From Pseudomonadales bacterium (GTDB lineage: Bacteria; Pseudomonadota; Gammaproteobacteria; Pseudomonadales; UBA7239), in contig DATIDQ010000027.1 of NCBI GenBank assembly GCA_035456205.1, positions 1 through 53,754 of the forward strand: a DNA stretch of 53,754 nt, in the 5' to 3' direction. Under the pieces are notes generated by a model that was not told the DNA's origin, searched no databases, and was given only the letters and a program-made list of their open reading frames with translations. Shown here one piece after another: positions 29,927-40,083 of the stretch (position 1 is its first letter; the number at the start of each line of letters is the position of its first letter). The position numbers and the translations under genes were made by a program.

Positions 29927-30691
29927 ATGATTGAGCACGGTTCTATCTGGGAACATTTTCTTGCCGGCAAACCGTTCGTAAAACGTGACGGCCAACAACT
30001 GACTCTGCAATTCAGCCCAGCCAGTATCCAGAGCCAGTTATGCCTCGATGAACCCAATCGTTTGCAACTGGGTTACACACGCACTCTGTTGGGCTTTCTG
30101 TTATTCGCGCCACGACCACGCCATATCACCATGATCGGACTCGGCGGTGGTTCACTGCCAAAATACTGTTACAACGCCTTGCCTGATACTCATATTGAGG
30201 TTATCGAAATCAATGCCGATGTCATTGCCTTGCGCAACACCTTTATGGTGCCGAAAGATAACGAGCGATTCATTGTGCATTGCGCAGATGGCGCGGACTA
30301 TATTGCAGGCACCAAAAAAACTGTGGATGTGATTGTTGTCGACGGCTTTGATGTAGGCGGTCAGGCACCGACACTCTGCACGGAAGAATTTTACAAAAAT
30401 TGTTATCAGGCACTCGCAGACAACGGCGTGATGGCTGTCAATCTGTCTGAAAACGCCAAACAACACAGCACCTTTATTGGCCGTATGCGGCGTGTATTTT
30501 CTGATGCGGTATTTGTAGTTAGCGCGGAGGATTGCACCAATAAAGTGGTTTTTGCCGTCAAACGTGACGGCGCAAACTCACACTCGGAACAATCGTTGTT
30601 AGCTCAGGCTGCCATGCTCGACAAACAACATCCCGTATCCTTTCGCCAGATTATCGAGCGCATGGCCAGCAACCGCCATAACAAACTGTAA
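29927..30691 (+). CDS. spermidine synthase-like class I methyltransferase-fold protein
   Basis: MIGLGGGSLPKY ... VIEINADVI ... DVIVVDGFD pattern of PABS-type aminopropyltransferase-like proteins. Substrate unknown. Confidence 0.6.
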   Translation: MIEHGSIWEHFLAGKPFVKRDGQQLTLQFSPASIQSQLCLDEPNRLQLGYTRTLLGFLLFAPRPRHITMIGLGGGSLPKYCYNALPDTHIEVIEINADVIALRNTFMVPKDNERFIVHCADGADYIAGTKKTVDVIVVDGFDVGGQAPTLCTEEFYKNCYQALADNGVMAVNLSENAKQHSTFIGRMRRVFSDAVFVVSAEDCTNKVVFAVKRDGANSHSEQSLLAQAAMLDKQHPVSFRQIIERMASNRHNKL

Positions 30692-30696
30692 CGCTA

Positions 30697-31554
30697 TTAC
30701 AAATTTGCGCTGTTACGCAGTGCTTCAATGCGTTTTTCCAGTGGCGGATGACTCATGAACAATTCGCCCATGGTTTTCTTGCCGGTGTTAATACCAAAAG
30801 CCGTTAACTGTCCCTGCAATGTGCTTTCGTGTGAGACCTTCAAACGCTCCAGCGCAGCAATCATTTTTTCACGACCTGCGAGCGAAGCACCGCCCGCATC
30901 TGCACGAAATTCGCGGTAACGTGAAAACGCCGCAACAATCATGCTGGCGCCAATACCAAACACCATTTCCAGTACAAACACTGTCGCCATGTACGCCAAT
31001 ACACCACGATCCCTGTCGCCAATGAATTGTGCAATCAAACGCGCCAGAAAAATGACAAAAGTATTTACGACACCCTGGATCAGGGTGAGTGTCACCATAT
31101 CGCCATTAGCGACGTGAGTAATTTCGTGCGCCATGACTGCTTCGGCTTCATCACGACTCATCGCACGCAATAATCCGCTGGACACAGCAACGAGTGCGTT
31201 ATCACGACTCATGCCGGTGGCAAACGCGTTGATATCTGGCGAATCATAAATCGCCACATCCGGCATACCGATACCTGCAGCACGCGCCTGACGTTTGACG
31301 GTATCCACCAACCAGATTTCATCCGGGCTGCGTGGTTGTTCAATAACCTGCGCACCGGTAGCACGCAAGGCCATCCACTTTGATATGACGAGCGAAATAA
31401 AAGAGCCGCCCATGCCGAATACGCACGCCAACAGCAGCAAGTTACCAATGCTGCCATTTCTCAGGCCGAGGTAGGATTGCAGGACGCTGAGCACAATCCC
31501 CAACACCAGCATAACTGCCAGGTTGGTTATCAGGAATAAACCTATACGTTTCAT
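30697..31554 (-). CDS. htpX: membrane zinc protease HtpX
   Basis: [19 protein letters not shown]..., the HEITH zinc motif and M48-family topology. The ATG at 31554 has a GAGGG Shine-Dalgarno. Confidence 0.92.
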   Translation of the reverse strand: MKRIGLFLITNLAVMLVLGIVLSVLQSYLGLRNGSIGNLLLLACVFGMGGSFISLVISKWMALRATGAQVIEQPRSPDEIWLVDTVKRQARAAGIGMPDVAIYDSPDINAFATGMSRDNALVAVSSGLLRAMSRDEAEAVMAHEITHVANGDMVTLTLIQGVVNTFVIFLARLIAQFIGDRDRGVLAYMATVFVLEMVFGIGASMIVAAFSRYREFRADAGGASLAGREKMIAALERLKVSHESTLQGQLTAFGINTGKKTMGELFMSHPPLEKRIEALRNSANL

Positions 31555-31584
31555 GGGAACCCTCACTGTTAAACGCTTACCCGG

Positions 31585-31613
31585 ATATGGGGGGCATCCG
31601 GCACATTTGCAAG
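31585..31613 (-). promoter_or_regulatory. sigma32-type heat-shock promoter for htpX
   Basis: Minus strand reads CTTGCA (31613-31608), a 15-nt spacer, then CCCCATAT (31592-31585). htpX is a classical RpoH regulon member in E. coli. Confidence 0.65.
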
Positions 31614-31695
31614 TCGCGCAATGCCGATGCCCTTATTTCCGAGCCTGTTACTAGGACACGTCTAACCTTCAAAGTTCCTTACACAAAACCCAGAA

Positions 31696-32052
31696 TTAGC
31701 GATTCAGCACGTCATCCTTGACACTGAGGGCAATTTTGGCCACTTCGCCAATATCGTCATCACCCACACCCAGCTCCTTCAGGGTGGCCGCCAGATTTTC
31801 TACCACCGCATCAAAATGGGTTTCATTCAGGGCTAAATGGGCATGACCTGCACGCATATCGCGCCCGCTGTAGTTATGTGGGCCACCGAACGCCATGGTC
31901 AGGAAGGCCTTCTGTTTGTTGGCTTGCGCCACCATGTCCAGATTTTCAAAAAAGTGGTTGATGCGTTCATCTGCCATCACCTTACCGTAAAAGATGTCAA
32001 CAGCAGCATTAACGGCAGCTTCGCCACCAAGACGTTCGTACAGTGTGCTCAT
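31696..32052 (-). CDS. glbN: group 1 truncated haemoglobin (2-on-2 globin)
   Basis: 118 aa: LYERLGGEAAVNAAVDIFYGKVMADERINHFF ... MRAGHAHL, the typical trHbN signature. Confidence 0.85.
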   Translation of the reverse strand: MSTLYERLGGEAAVNAAVDIFYGKVMADERINHFFENLDMVAQANKQKAFLTMAFGGPHNYSGRDMRAGHAHLALNETHFDAVVENLAATLKELGVGDDDIGEVAKIALSVKDDVLNR

Positions 32053-32128
32053 CGTTTTCTCCTCGGGTTACCTTCTTAAAAGATGTAAAAATAATATATC
32101 TTTAATAAGCCAAATACAAGCCCCGGAA

Positions 32129-32154
32129 ACACAAATGCAGGCCTGAGCCTGCAT
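32129..32154 (-). terminator. terminator hairpin downstream of pilU
   Basis: Perfect 8-bp stem atgcaggc/gcctgcat (32135-32142 and 32147-32154) with a 4-nt loop. It is followed on the minus strand by TTGTGTTT. Confidence 0.55.
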
Positions 32155-32183
32155 CCGGACGATTCTGATAAAGCGAGGAATGG

Positions 32184-33338
32184 TTAACGGCGCCGAATCA
32201 GGCCACTGTTTCTTTTATCGTCTTCGGTTTCTTCCATGCTGAATCCACCGGCTGAACCGAGCGCGCCAGAAGAGTTTTCCTGTGCCAGCTTGATCATCAA
32301 ACGCAAATCATTTGGAGAGTCTGCATGCAACAAGGCATCGTCGTAGGTGATTTCACCCGAGTCATACAAATTAAATAATGCCTGGTCGAATGTCTGCATA
32401 CCGAGTTCAGTGGATTTCTTCATCAATTCTTTCAAGCCATGTATTTCGGCCTTACGAATCATGTCCGAAGCCAAGGGCGTATTGAGCAGCACTTCGATAA
32501 CCGCACGTCGACTATTGCCATCCGGTGTTGGCACCAATTGCTGCGCCACAATCGCTTTCAGGTTCAGCGATAAATCCATCCATAACTGGCTGTGCCTATC
32601 TGCCGGGAAAAAGTGAATGATACGATCCAGCGCCTGGTTGGCGTTGTTGGCGTGCAAGGTGCAGAGACACAAGTGGCCGGTTTCAGCAAACGCAATCGCG
32701 TGATCCATGGTTTCCCGCGAACGCACCTCACCGATCAGGATAACATCCGGCGCCTGCCGCAAAGTATTTTTCAACGCCACTTCAAATGACTCGGTATCAA
32801 TACCCACTTCGCGCTGGGTGACGATACAGCCAGCATGCTGGTGAATAAATTCAATAGGATCTTCAATTGTGATGATGTGGCCTTTTGAATTGCGATTGCG
32901 GTGACCGATCATGGCAGCCAGTGATGTAGATTTACCCGTACCGGTTGCACCCACAAAAATAACAAGGCCGCGTTTGGTCATCGCCAGTTCCTTGATGACT
33001 TCCGGCAAGGCCAGATCATCTACACCCGGAATCTTGGTTTCAATACGGCGCAATACCGCACCGGCCAGATTGCGTTGGTAGAACGCATTGGCGCGAAAAC
33101 GGCCGATACCGCGCGCAGACACCGCAAAATTCAGCTCAAGCTTTTGCGTAAATTCGTCACGCTGTTTTTCGTTCATCAAACCGAACACCACTTCCCGTGT
33201 TAATTCCGGTGTGAGTGGTGTGTTGGTCACCGGCACTACCTTGCCGTTCAGTTTGATGGAGGGCGGAATACCTGCGGTCAAAAAAAGATCCGAAGCACCT
33301 TTTTCTACCATTAACGCGAGCAGTTTACTGATATCCAT
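32184..33338 (-). CDS. pilU: type IV pilus retraction-family ATPase PilU
   Basis: 384 aa. Has Walker A GATGTGKST and a PilT-like core but lacks the AIRNLIRE motif. It lies directly downstream of pilT. Confidence 0.9.
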   Translation of the reverse strand: MDISKLLALMVEKGASDLFLTAGIPPSIKLNGKVVPVTNTPLTPELTREVVFGLMNEKQRDEFTQKLELNFAVSARGIGRFRANAFYQRNLAGAVLRRIETKIPGVDDLALPEVIKELAMTKRGLVIFVGATGTGKSTSLAAMIGHRNRNSKGHIITIEDPIEFIHQHAGCIVTQREVGIDTESFEVALKNTLRQAPDVILIGEVRSRETMDHAIAFAETGHLCLCTLHANNANQALDRIIHFFPADRHSQLWMDLSLNLKAIVAQQLVPTPDGNSRRAVIEVLLNTPLASDMIRKAEIHGLKELMKKSTELGMQTFDQALFNLYDSGEITYDDALLHADSPNDLRLMIKLAQENSSGALGSAGGFSMEETEDDKRNSGLIRRR

Positions 33339-33386
33339 TTTTCCAATGCCTGTAAGAAGTTTTCAGATTATCTGTTATATAAATTC

Positions 33387-34421
33387 TTAGAAGTTTTCCG
33401 GAGATTTAGCTTTTTCGCGCGCTGCTTCCCGTGTGATCAACCCTTTGGAAACCATATTGGTCAAACATTGATCCAACGTTTGCATGCCGATAGAACCGCC
33501 TGTCTGGATGGCGGAGTACATCTGGGCAATCTTGTCTTCGCGAATCAGGTTACGGATAGCCGCTGTGCCGCGCATGATTTCATGTGCTGCCACACGACCA
33601 CCACCATTTTTCTTCAACAGTGTTTGTGAAATAACGCCTTGCAGCGATTCCGACAACATCGAACGCACCATGGATTTTTCTTCTGCCGGGAAAACGTCAA
33701 CCACGCGGTCAATGGTTTTTGCAGCAGAGGTGGTGTGCAGTGTTCCGAACACCAAGTGACCGGTTTCCGCAGCGGTCAATGCCAGACGGATTGTTTCCAG
33801 ATCTCGCATCTCACCCACCAGAATGATATCCGGATCTTCCCGCAACGCTGAACGCAGCGCTTCGTTAAAGCCGAGTGTATCGCGGTGAACTTCGCGCTGG
33901 TTCACCAGACATTTTTTACTCTGGTGTACAAATTCGATGGGGTCTTCTACGGTGAGTATGTGTTCGTATTTATTATCATTGATGTAATCGATCATCGCTG
34001 CCAGCGTGGTGGATTTACCGGAACCTGTCGGGCCGGTAACCAGAATCAATCCGCGCGGAATATGGCACAGATCCTTGAACACCTGCCCCATCCCAAGTTC
34101 TTCCATCGTCAATACTTTTGACGGGATGGTCCGAAACACCGCACCGGCACCGCGGTTCTGGTTGAAAGCGTTAACACGGAAACGGGCAACACCCGGAATT
34201 TCGAACGAGAAATCTGTTTCCCAGAACTCTTCGTAGTCCTTGCGCTGCTTGTCATTCATAATGTCGTAGATCAGACCATGAACCTGTTTATGCTCCATCG
34301 CAGGCAAGTTGATACGGCGAACATCACCGTCCACGCGTATCATCGGCGGCAAACCTGAAGACAAGTGAAGATCCGACGCGCCCTGTTTTGCGCTAAAAGC
34401 CAGCAGTTCAGTAATATCCAT
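33387..34421 (-). CDS. pilT: type IV pilus twitching motility ATPase PilT
   Basis: 344 aa with GPTGSGKSTT and the PilT signature AIRNLIREDK. Confidence 0.96.
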   Translation of the reverse strand: MDITELLAFSAKQGASDLHLSSGLPPMIRVDGDVRRINLPAMEHKQVHGLIYDIMNDKQRKDYEEFWETDFSFEIPGVARFRVNAFNQNRGAGAVFRTIPSKVLTMEELGMGQVFKDLCHIPRGLILVTGPTGSGKSTTLAAMIDYINDNKYEHILTVEDPIEFVHQSKKCLVNQREVHRDTLGFNEALRSALREDPDIILVGEMRDLETIRLALTAAETGHLVFGTLHTTSAAKTIDRVVDVFPAEEKSMVRSMLSESLQGVISQTLLKKNGGGRVAAHEIMRGTAAIRNLIREDKIAQMYSAIQTGGSIGMQTLDQCLTNMVSKGLITREAAREKAKSPENF

Positions 34422-34485
34422 AAAAAAAGAGACCCGTAGTGATGTTTACGCTTCGGACACCGCCGCCTACTGCGACCCTGCATCC

Positions 34486-35178
34486 ATGACAACTATCCCC
34501 GTCAATATAGCCAAGGTTCAGCACCGTATACAACAAGCAGCAACAAAAAGCCGTCGCGATGTGAGCGATATCACGTTGATGGCTGTCAGTAAAACACAAT
34601 CTGCCAACGCCATCGCCGAAGCACACCTGCAAGGCGGCTTACAGCATTTCGGGGAGAATTACGCACAAGAGGCCGAAGACAAACTGGTCACACTCAAACA
34701 CCTTCCCCTGATCTGGCACTTTATCGGCCCTCTGCAATCCAACAAGACGCGTCTGGTAGCCGAGCAATTTCATTGGTGTCACAGCCTGAATCGGCTAAAA
34801 ATTGCTGAGCGCCTGCAAGAACAACGCCTAGTCGGGTTACCACCACTCAATGTCTGCGTGCAGATCAATATTGATGATGAACAGAGCAAATCCGGTTTGG
34901 CACTGACGGAAGTACCAGCATTGATCCATGCTTTGCAAAAAATGGATCGCCTGGCTGTGCGCGGTCTGATGGTGATCCCCAAAGCAGACCAGCCCGCTGC
35001 TGCTACGCTTGCCAGCTTCCAGCGCACTGCCGCCTGCTTGCAAGCGCTGCAACAGCAATTTCCTGCACTGGCGCTGGACACACTCTCGATGGGCATGTCC
35101 GCTGATCTGGAGCTGGCCATAGAAGCTGGCAGCACTATGGTGCGTATAGGCACGGATATTTTTGGTAAGCGCTTATAA
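34486..35178 (+). CDS. yggS: YggS-family pyridoxal-phosphate homeostasis protein
   Basis: LMAVSKTQ (PLP lysine) and FIGPLQSNK. The pilT / yggS-proC-yggT arrangement matches Pseudomonas. Confidence 0.9.
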   Translation: MTTIPVNIAKVQHRIQQAATKSRRDVSDITLMAVSKTQSANAIAEAHLQGGLQHFGENYAQEAEDKLVTLKHLPLIWHFIGPLQSNKTRLVAEQFHWCHSLNRLKIAERLQEQRLVGLPPLNVCVQINIDDEQSKSGLALTEVPALIHALQKMDRLAVRGLMVIPKADQPAAATLASFQRTAACLQALQQQFPALALDTLSMGMSADLELAIEAGSTMVRIGTDIFGKRL

Positions 35179-35203
35179 TCGCGGCCTCACTGGAGACAGC
35201 TTC

Positions 35204-36037
35204 ATGACAAATCCCCCAATCGGTTTACAAACAAGAGTTGGTTTTATCGGCGCTGGCAATATGGCCACCAGCCTGATCGGCGGACTGATTGCCAAAGGCT
35301 TCGATGCAAGACACCTGTTCGCCTCCGATCCGAATAGCGACGCATTGCAAGCACTCGCCCGACGCACCGGCATTACTGCATGCCCGGACAATAACGCTGT
35401 CATCACACAAGCCGATGTACTGGTACTGGCTGTCAAACCACAGGTAATGAAAACTGTACTCGCTGATATGGCGACTACCGTACAAACCCGCCAACCGTTA
35501 ATTATTTCTATCGCCGCCGGCATCAGTATTGAAAATATTTGTGCGTGGCTAGGCGCTGAAATGGCTGTGGTGCGCTGCATGCCCAATACACCCGCACTGG
35601 TGCAACTCGGCGCCAGCGGTTTATACGCCAATAGCAAAGTGAACGCACAACAACGCGAGCAGGCACAAACTATTCTTGCTGCTGTCGGTATTGCATTGTG
35701 GCTGGATAATGAAGAACAGATTGATGCAGTCACTGCAGTGTCCGGTAGCGGGCCCGCCTATTTTTTCCTGTTGATGGAAGCCATGATCGTCGCCGGTGAA
35801 AAACTCGGCCTCGCAACCGATGTATCACGCGCACTCACACTGCAAACTGCGCTAGGCGCGGCGCAAATGGCCATCACCAGTGACGTGGATGTTGCTGAAC
35901 TTCGCAAACGCGTGACATCGCCCGGCGGCACCACCGAACGCGCTATCGCGCATTTTGAAACCAGTGGCTTGCGTGAAATAGTAAACGGGGCATTACAAGC
36001 TGCCGCCCTGCGCTCGCAAGAAATGAACCGCAGCTAA
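35204..36037 (+). CDS. proC: pyrroline-5-carboxylate reductase
   Basis: The ATG at 35204 (GGAGA Shine-Dalgarno) gives MTNPPIGLQTRVGFIGAGNMA. The C-terminus has VTSPGGTTE. Confidence 0.93.
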   Translation: MTNPPIGLQTRVGFIGAGNMATSLIGGLIAKGFDARHLFASDPNSDALQALARRTGITACPDNNAVITQADVLVLAVKPQVMKTVLADMATTVQTRQPLIISIAAGISIENICAWLGAEMAVVRCMPNTPALVQLGASGLYANSKVNAQQREQAQTILAAVGIALWLDNEEQIDAVTAVSGSGPAYFFLLMEAMIVAGEKLGLATDVSRALTLQTALGAAQMAITSDVDVAELRKRVTSPGGTTERAIAHFETSGLREIVNGALQAAALRSQEMNRS

Positions 36038-36068
36038 TGAACTATCAACCAGCACCCGGAAGTAGCAC

Positions 36069-36662
36069 ATGAATGCATTGACACAAATCGGCATCCTGAT
36101 TTTTTCGACACTAGGCGGCCTGTATTTATTGATAGTGTTATTGCGTTTTTTATTGCAGATTGCACGCGCGGATTTTTATAACCCGTTATCACAAGCTATC
36201 GCCAAAGCCACCAACCCCTTGTTGTTGCCGATGCGGCGACTCATACCCAGTGTGCTCGGGCTTGATGTTGCCTGCATTGTGTTGGCACTGGCCGTGCAAT
36301 TCGTCACGGTTTTTTCTGGTTTGTTGCTAATCGGCACATTCAACCCACTGATGGCATTGTTATGGGGCTTATTGGGTATCGTCTCCATGGCGATGTATAT
36401 TTATTTCGTCTGTATGGTCGCCATGATTATTCTCAGCTGGGTGGCACCACAAACGCGGCACCCGGCTGCCATGCTGGCAGTACAACTGGTGCGCCCGCTG
36501 TGCGCGCCAATTCAACGTGTGATTCCAGCGATGGGCGGTCTCGACATTTCACCTGTTTTTGTTTTCCTGTTACTGCAAGTTGCGCGGATGCTGGTTGAGA
36601 ATACAGCCAATTATCTCGGCATCATCGGCGGGCTTCGTAATCTTGTGCCGGGATTATTGTAA
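36069..36662 (+). CDS. yggT: YggT-family membrane protein
   Basis: 197 aa with two YGGT repeats (FYNPLSQAIAKATNPLLLPMRRLIP ...). Confidence 0.85.
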   Translation: MNALTQIGILIFSTLGGLYLLIVLLRFLLQIARADFYNPLSQAIAKATNPLLLPMRRLIPSVLGLDVACIVLALAVQFVTVFSGLLLIGTFNPLMALLWGLLGIVSMAMYIYFVCMVAMIILSWVAPQTRHPAAMLAVQLVRPLCAPIQRVIPAMGGLDISPVFVFLLLQVARMLVENTANYLGIIGGLRNLVPGLL

Positions 36663-36680
36663 ATATATGGCTGCAACCAA

Positions 36681-37334
36681 ATGACTCTCGCGATTTTTGA
36701 TCTTGATAATACTTTGTTGGCCGGCGATTCCGATCACAGCTGGGGCGAGTTTATCGCTGATCTTGGTGTGGTGGATGGCAGCAGCTATCGCGCAAAAAAC
36801 GATGCATTTTATGATGATTATTGCCGTGGCGCGCTGGATATATTTGCTTATCAGCGTTTTGTACTGGCACCACTAGCTGGTTTCAACATAGCCGAGTTGA
36901 CTCGCTGGCACGAACAATTCATGCGTGAAAAAATTGAACCGATTGTTCTACCGAAAGCGCAGGCCTTGGTAGACAACCACAGGGCGCAGGGTCACACCTT
37001 GATGATTATCACCGCCACCAATTCGTTTATTACCACACCGATTGCCAAGCGTTTCGGCATCGATATCCTGATTGCCACTACACCCGAACAGAAAAACGGC
37101 ATCTACACCGGCGACATTGTCGGCGTGCCGTGTTATCGCGAGGGAAAAGTGGAGCGCTTGAATGCGTGGCTGGCCGAAAATAACGAAACACTGTACGGCA
37201 GTTACTTCTACAGCGATTCACACAATGATTTGCCGCTACTGCAGCGCGTGGATCATCCTGTTGCTGTTGATCCGGATGATACGCTGCGTAAATATGCGAA
37301 AGACAATGGCTGGCAGATTTTAAACTTGCGCTAA
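36681..37334 (+). CDS. HAD-IB family hydrolase (SerB-like phosphatase fold)
   Basis: The DxD motif FDLDNTL, ITATN and YSDSHNDLPLL match HAD motifs I-IV. Confidence 0.8.
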   Translation: MTLAIFDLDNTLLAGDSDHSWGEFIADLGVVDGSSYRAKNDAFYDDYCRGALDIFAYQRFVLAPLAGFNIAELTRWHEQFMREKIEPIVLPKAQALVDNHRAQGHTLMIITATNSFITTPIAKRFGIDILIATTPEQKNGIYTGDIVGVPCYREGKVERLNAWLAENNETLYGSYFYSDSHNDLPLLQRVDHPVAVDPDDTLRKYAKDNGWQILNLR

Positions 37335-37362
37335 CACAGCCATTTAACAAAACAATGTTGTT

Positions 37363-38187
37363 TTAACGAAATAATGTTATTACCGGTTTTGTTTCCGGCA
37401 TCACGCCGCGCCAGAGGTAAAAACTTTCTGCCGCCTGCTCCACCAACATGCCCAGCCCATCCGCCACTTGCGCACCATGATTTTTTGCCCATTGCAGGAA
37501 TGGCGTGAGCTCCTTGCCGTACATCATGTCGTAACAACAGGCATGCGGCGCGAGAATAGCTGGCGAGAGATCCGGCATCGCACCAGCAAGACTGGCAGAG
37601 GTGCCGTTGATCACAATATCAAAAGGCCGCGCGTGGATTTGCAAACTGCTGGCACGCAAGATTTTGCTTTCCTGTGCATGTTTACCCGCATTGAACAATT
37701 GCACCAGCTCTTCTGCTTTGCTGAGCGTGCGGTTGGCAATCACAATACGTTGCGGACTCTCTGCCAACAACAACGCAATCACACCGCGCACCGCGCCACC
37801 TGCACCCAAGACCAACACACGCTTGTTTGCAATCTGCCAACCGAGATTTTTTGTGATATCGCGCAGCAACCCGGCGCCATCGGTGTTATCACCCAACACT
37901 TTCCCATCAGGTAATTTTTTCAATGTGTTTACTGCACCCGCATGTTTTGCACGCTCGGTCAGTTGGTCAGCGAAAGCAAAGGCATCCAGCTTGAACGGCA
38001 CAGTAATATTCAGGCCACAACCATCGGCGGCAAAAAAATCACGCGCCGCTTCTGCAAATTGTCCTTCTTCTACCAGTTGACGATCATAGGCAATATCTTC
38101 GCCAGTCTGTTTGGCAAATTCAGCATGAATAACCGGTGATTTGCTGTGCGCTATCGGGTTGCCAAAAACAGCATAACGGTCCGTCAC
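37363..38187 (-). CDS. aroE: shikimate dehydrogenase
   Basis: YAVFGNPIAHSKSPVIH, NITVPFK and GAGGAVRG. Confidence 0.92.
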   Translation of the reverse strand: MTDRYAVFGNPIAHSKSPVIHAEFAKQTGEDIAYDRQLVEEGQFAEAARDFFAADGCGLNITVPFKLDAFAFADQLTERAKHAGAVNTLKKLPDGKVLGDNTDGAGLLRDITKNLGWQIANKRVLVLGAGGAVRGVIALLLAESPQRIVIANRTLSKAEELVQLFNAGKHAQESKILRASSLQIHARPFDIVINGTSASLAGAMPDLSPAILAPHACCYDMMYGKELTPFLQWAKNHGAQVADGLGMLVEQAAESFYLWRGVMPETKPVITLFR

Positions 38188-38190
38188 GGT

Positions 38191-39114
<924 letters not shown>

Positions 39115-39122
39115 TTAACAAT

Positions 39123-39710
39123 TCAGGATTGGCGACATATTTCGCCGGTTATCACATCACGGATTTGCGTGGGATTTTGCAAACCACCCAGCGCTCCCGG
39201 CACCACCGCATCCAGTTGCTTACCGAAATAACGCCGCACATCAAACAAACTGCGTGCAGGCGGCTTTCCTGCAGGATTCGCTGATGTTGATACCAGCGCG
39301 CCCCCGAATTTTTTGCACAATGCATTCACCACAGGATGCGCTGAAACGCGCACAGCCAATGTATCGCGCCCGCCGCTGATCCAGTCTGGCGCTGCACCAT
39401 TATTCGGTATCAGCCAGGTATTGGGTCCCGGCCAGCTGGCGATCAAGGTTTGCAGATGCGTGTCATCCAGCCCATATAAGTAAGGTTCGAGTTGTGCCAT
39501 GTCTGCCGCCACCAGAATCACACCTTTGCGCCAATTGCGCCGTTTGATATCCAGTAATTCCTCAACGGCTTCTTCACAAAACGGATCACAACCTATGCCC
39601 CAGACCGCTTCCGTGGGATAGGCAATAATGCCGCCAGCATGCAACGCGTTCACTGCCAGAGGAATATGAAATGCAGTATTAGCCGCTATCTTTTTATCAA
39701 CCAAAGGCAT
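39123..39710 (-). CDS. tsaC: L-threonylcarbamoyladenylate synthase (YrdC/TsaC type)
   Basis: YrdC domain: IAYPTEAVWGIGCDP ... LVSTSANPAG. 195 aa. Confidence 0.88.
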   Translation of the reverse strand: MPLVDKKIAANTAFHIPLAVNALHAGGIIAYPTEAVWGIGCDPFCEEAVEELLDIKRRNWRKGVILVAADMAQLEPYLYGLDDTHLQTLIASWPGPNTWLIPNNGAAPDWISGGRDTLAVRVSAHPVVNALCKKFGGALVSTSANPAGKPPARSLFDVRRYFGKQLDAVVPGALGGLQNPTQIRDVITGEICRQS

Positions 39711-40083
39711 TTTTTATCCACTCGAACTGCAAACCGCTTTCACCGGGGCGCGCTGCCACCACATCAAAACGGCAAGGTCTATGACGCCATACAGGGCGCG
39801 CCAATAAATATAGCTGTGCAGTTTGCAACAATTTGCGTTGCTTGCTGGCGGTAATACTTTCTGCGGGTGTGCCGAAGCGGTCACTCTTGCGAAAACGCAC
39901 TTCAATAAACACCAGTGAATCACCGTCCTGCATTACCAGGTCAATTTCGCCGCCGCGACTGTTGAAGTTGCGCTCCAATGGTTGCAAACCCTGTTGCTGC
40001 AAATATCCCTCTGCCAGGACTTCCACCAGTTGCCCTCGCGCCCGCGGTGCTGCACTGCCGGTTCGAGTGACAGCAGTTGCCAT
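39697..40083 (-). CDS. yraN: YraN-family (UPF0102) endonuclease-like protein
   Basis: GEIDLVMQD...LVFIEVRFR PD-(D/E)xK-like core. The ATG at 40083 overlaps the lpoA TGA (ATGA). Confidence 0.8.
   Translation of the reverse strand: MATAVTRTGSAAPRARGQLVEVLAEGYLQQQGLQPLERNFNSRGGEIDLVMQDGDSLVFIEVRFRKSDRFGTPAESITASKQRKLLQTAQLYLLARPVWRHRPCRFDVVAARPGESGLQFEWIKNAFG

Noticed and set aside
37335-37362. The AT palindrome aaaacaatgttgtttt between the HAD hydrolase and aroE, considered as a bidirectional terminator.
   Set aside because: It is a 7-bp all-A/T stem with a 2-nt loop, too weak and too tight to call a terminator.
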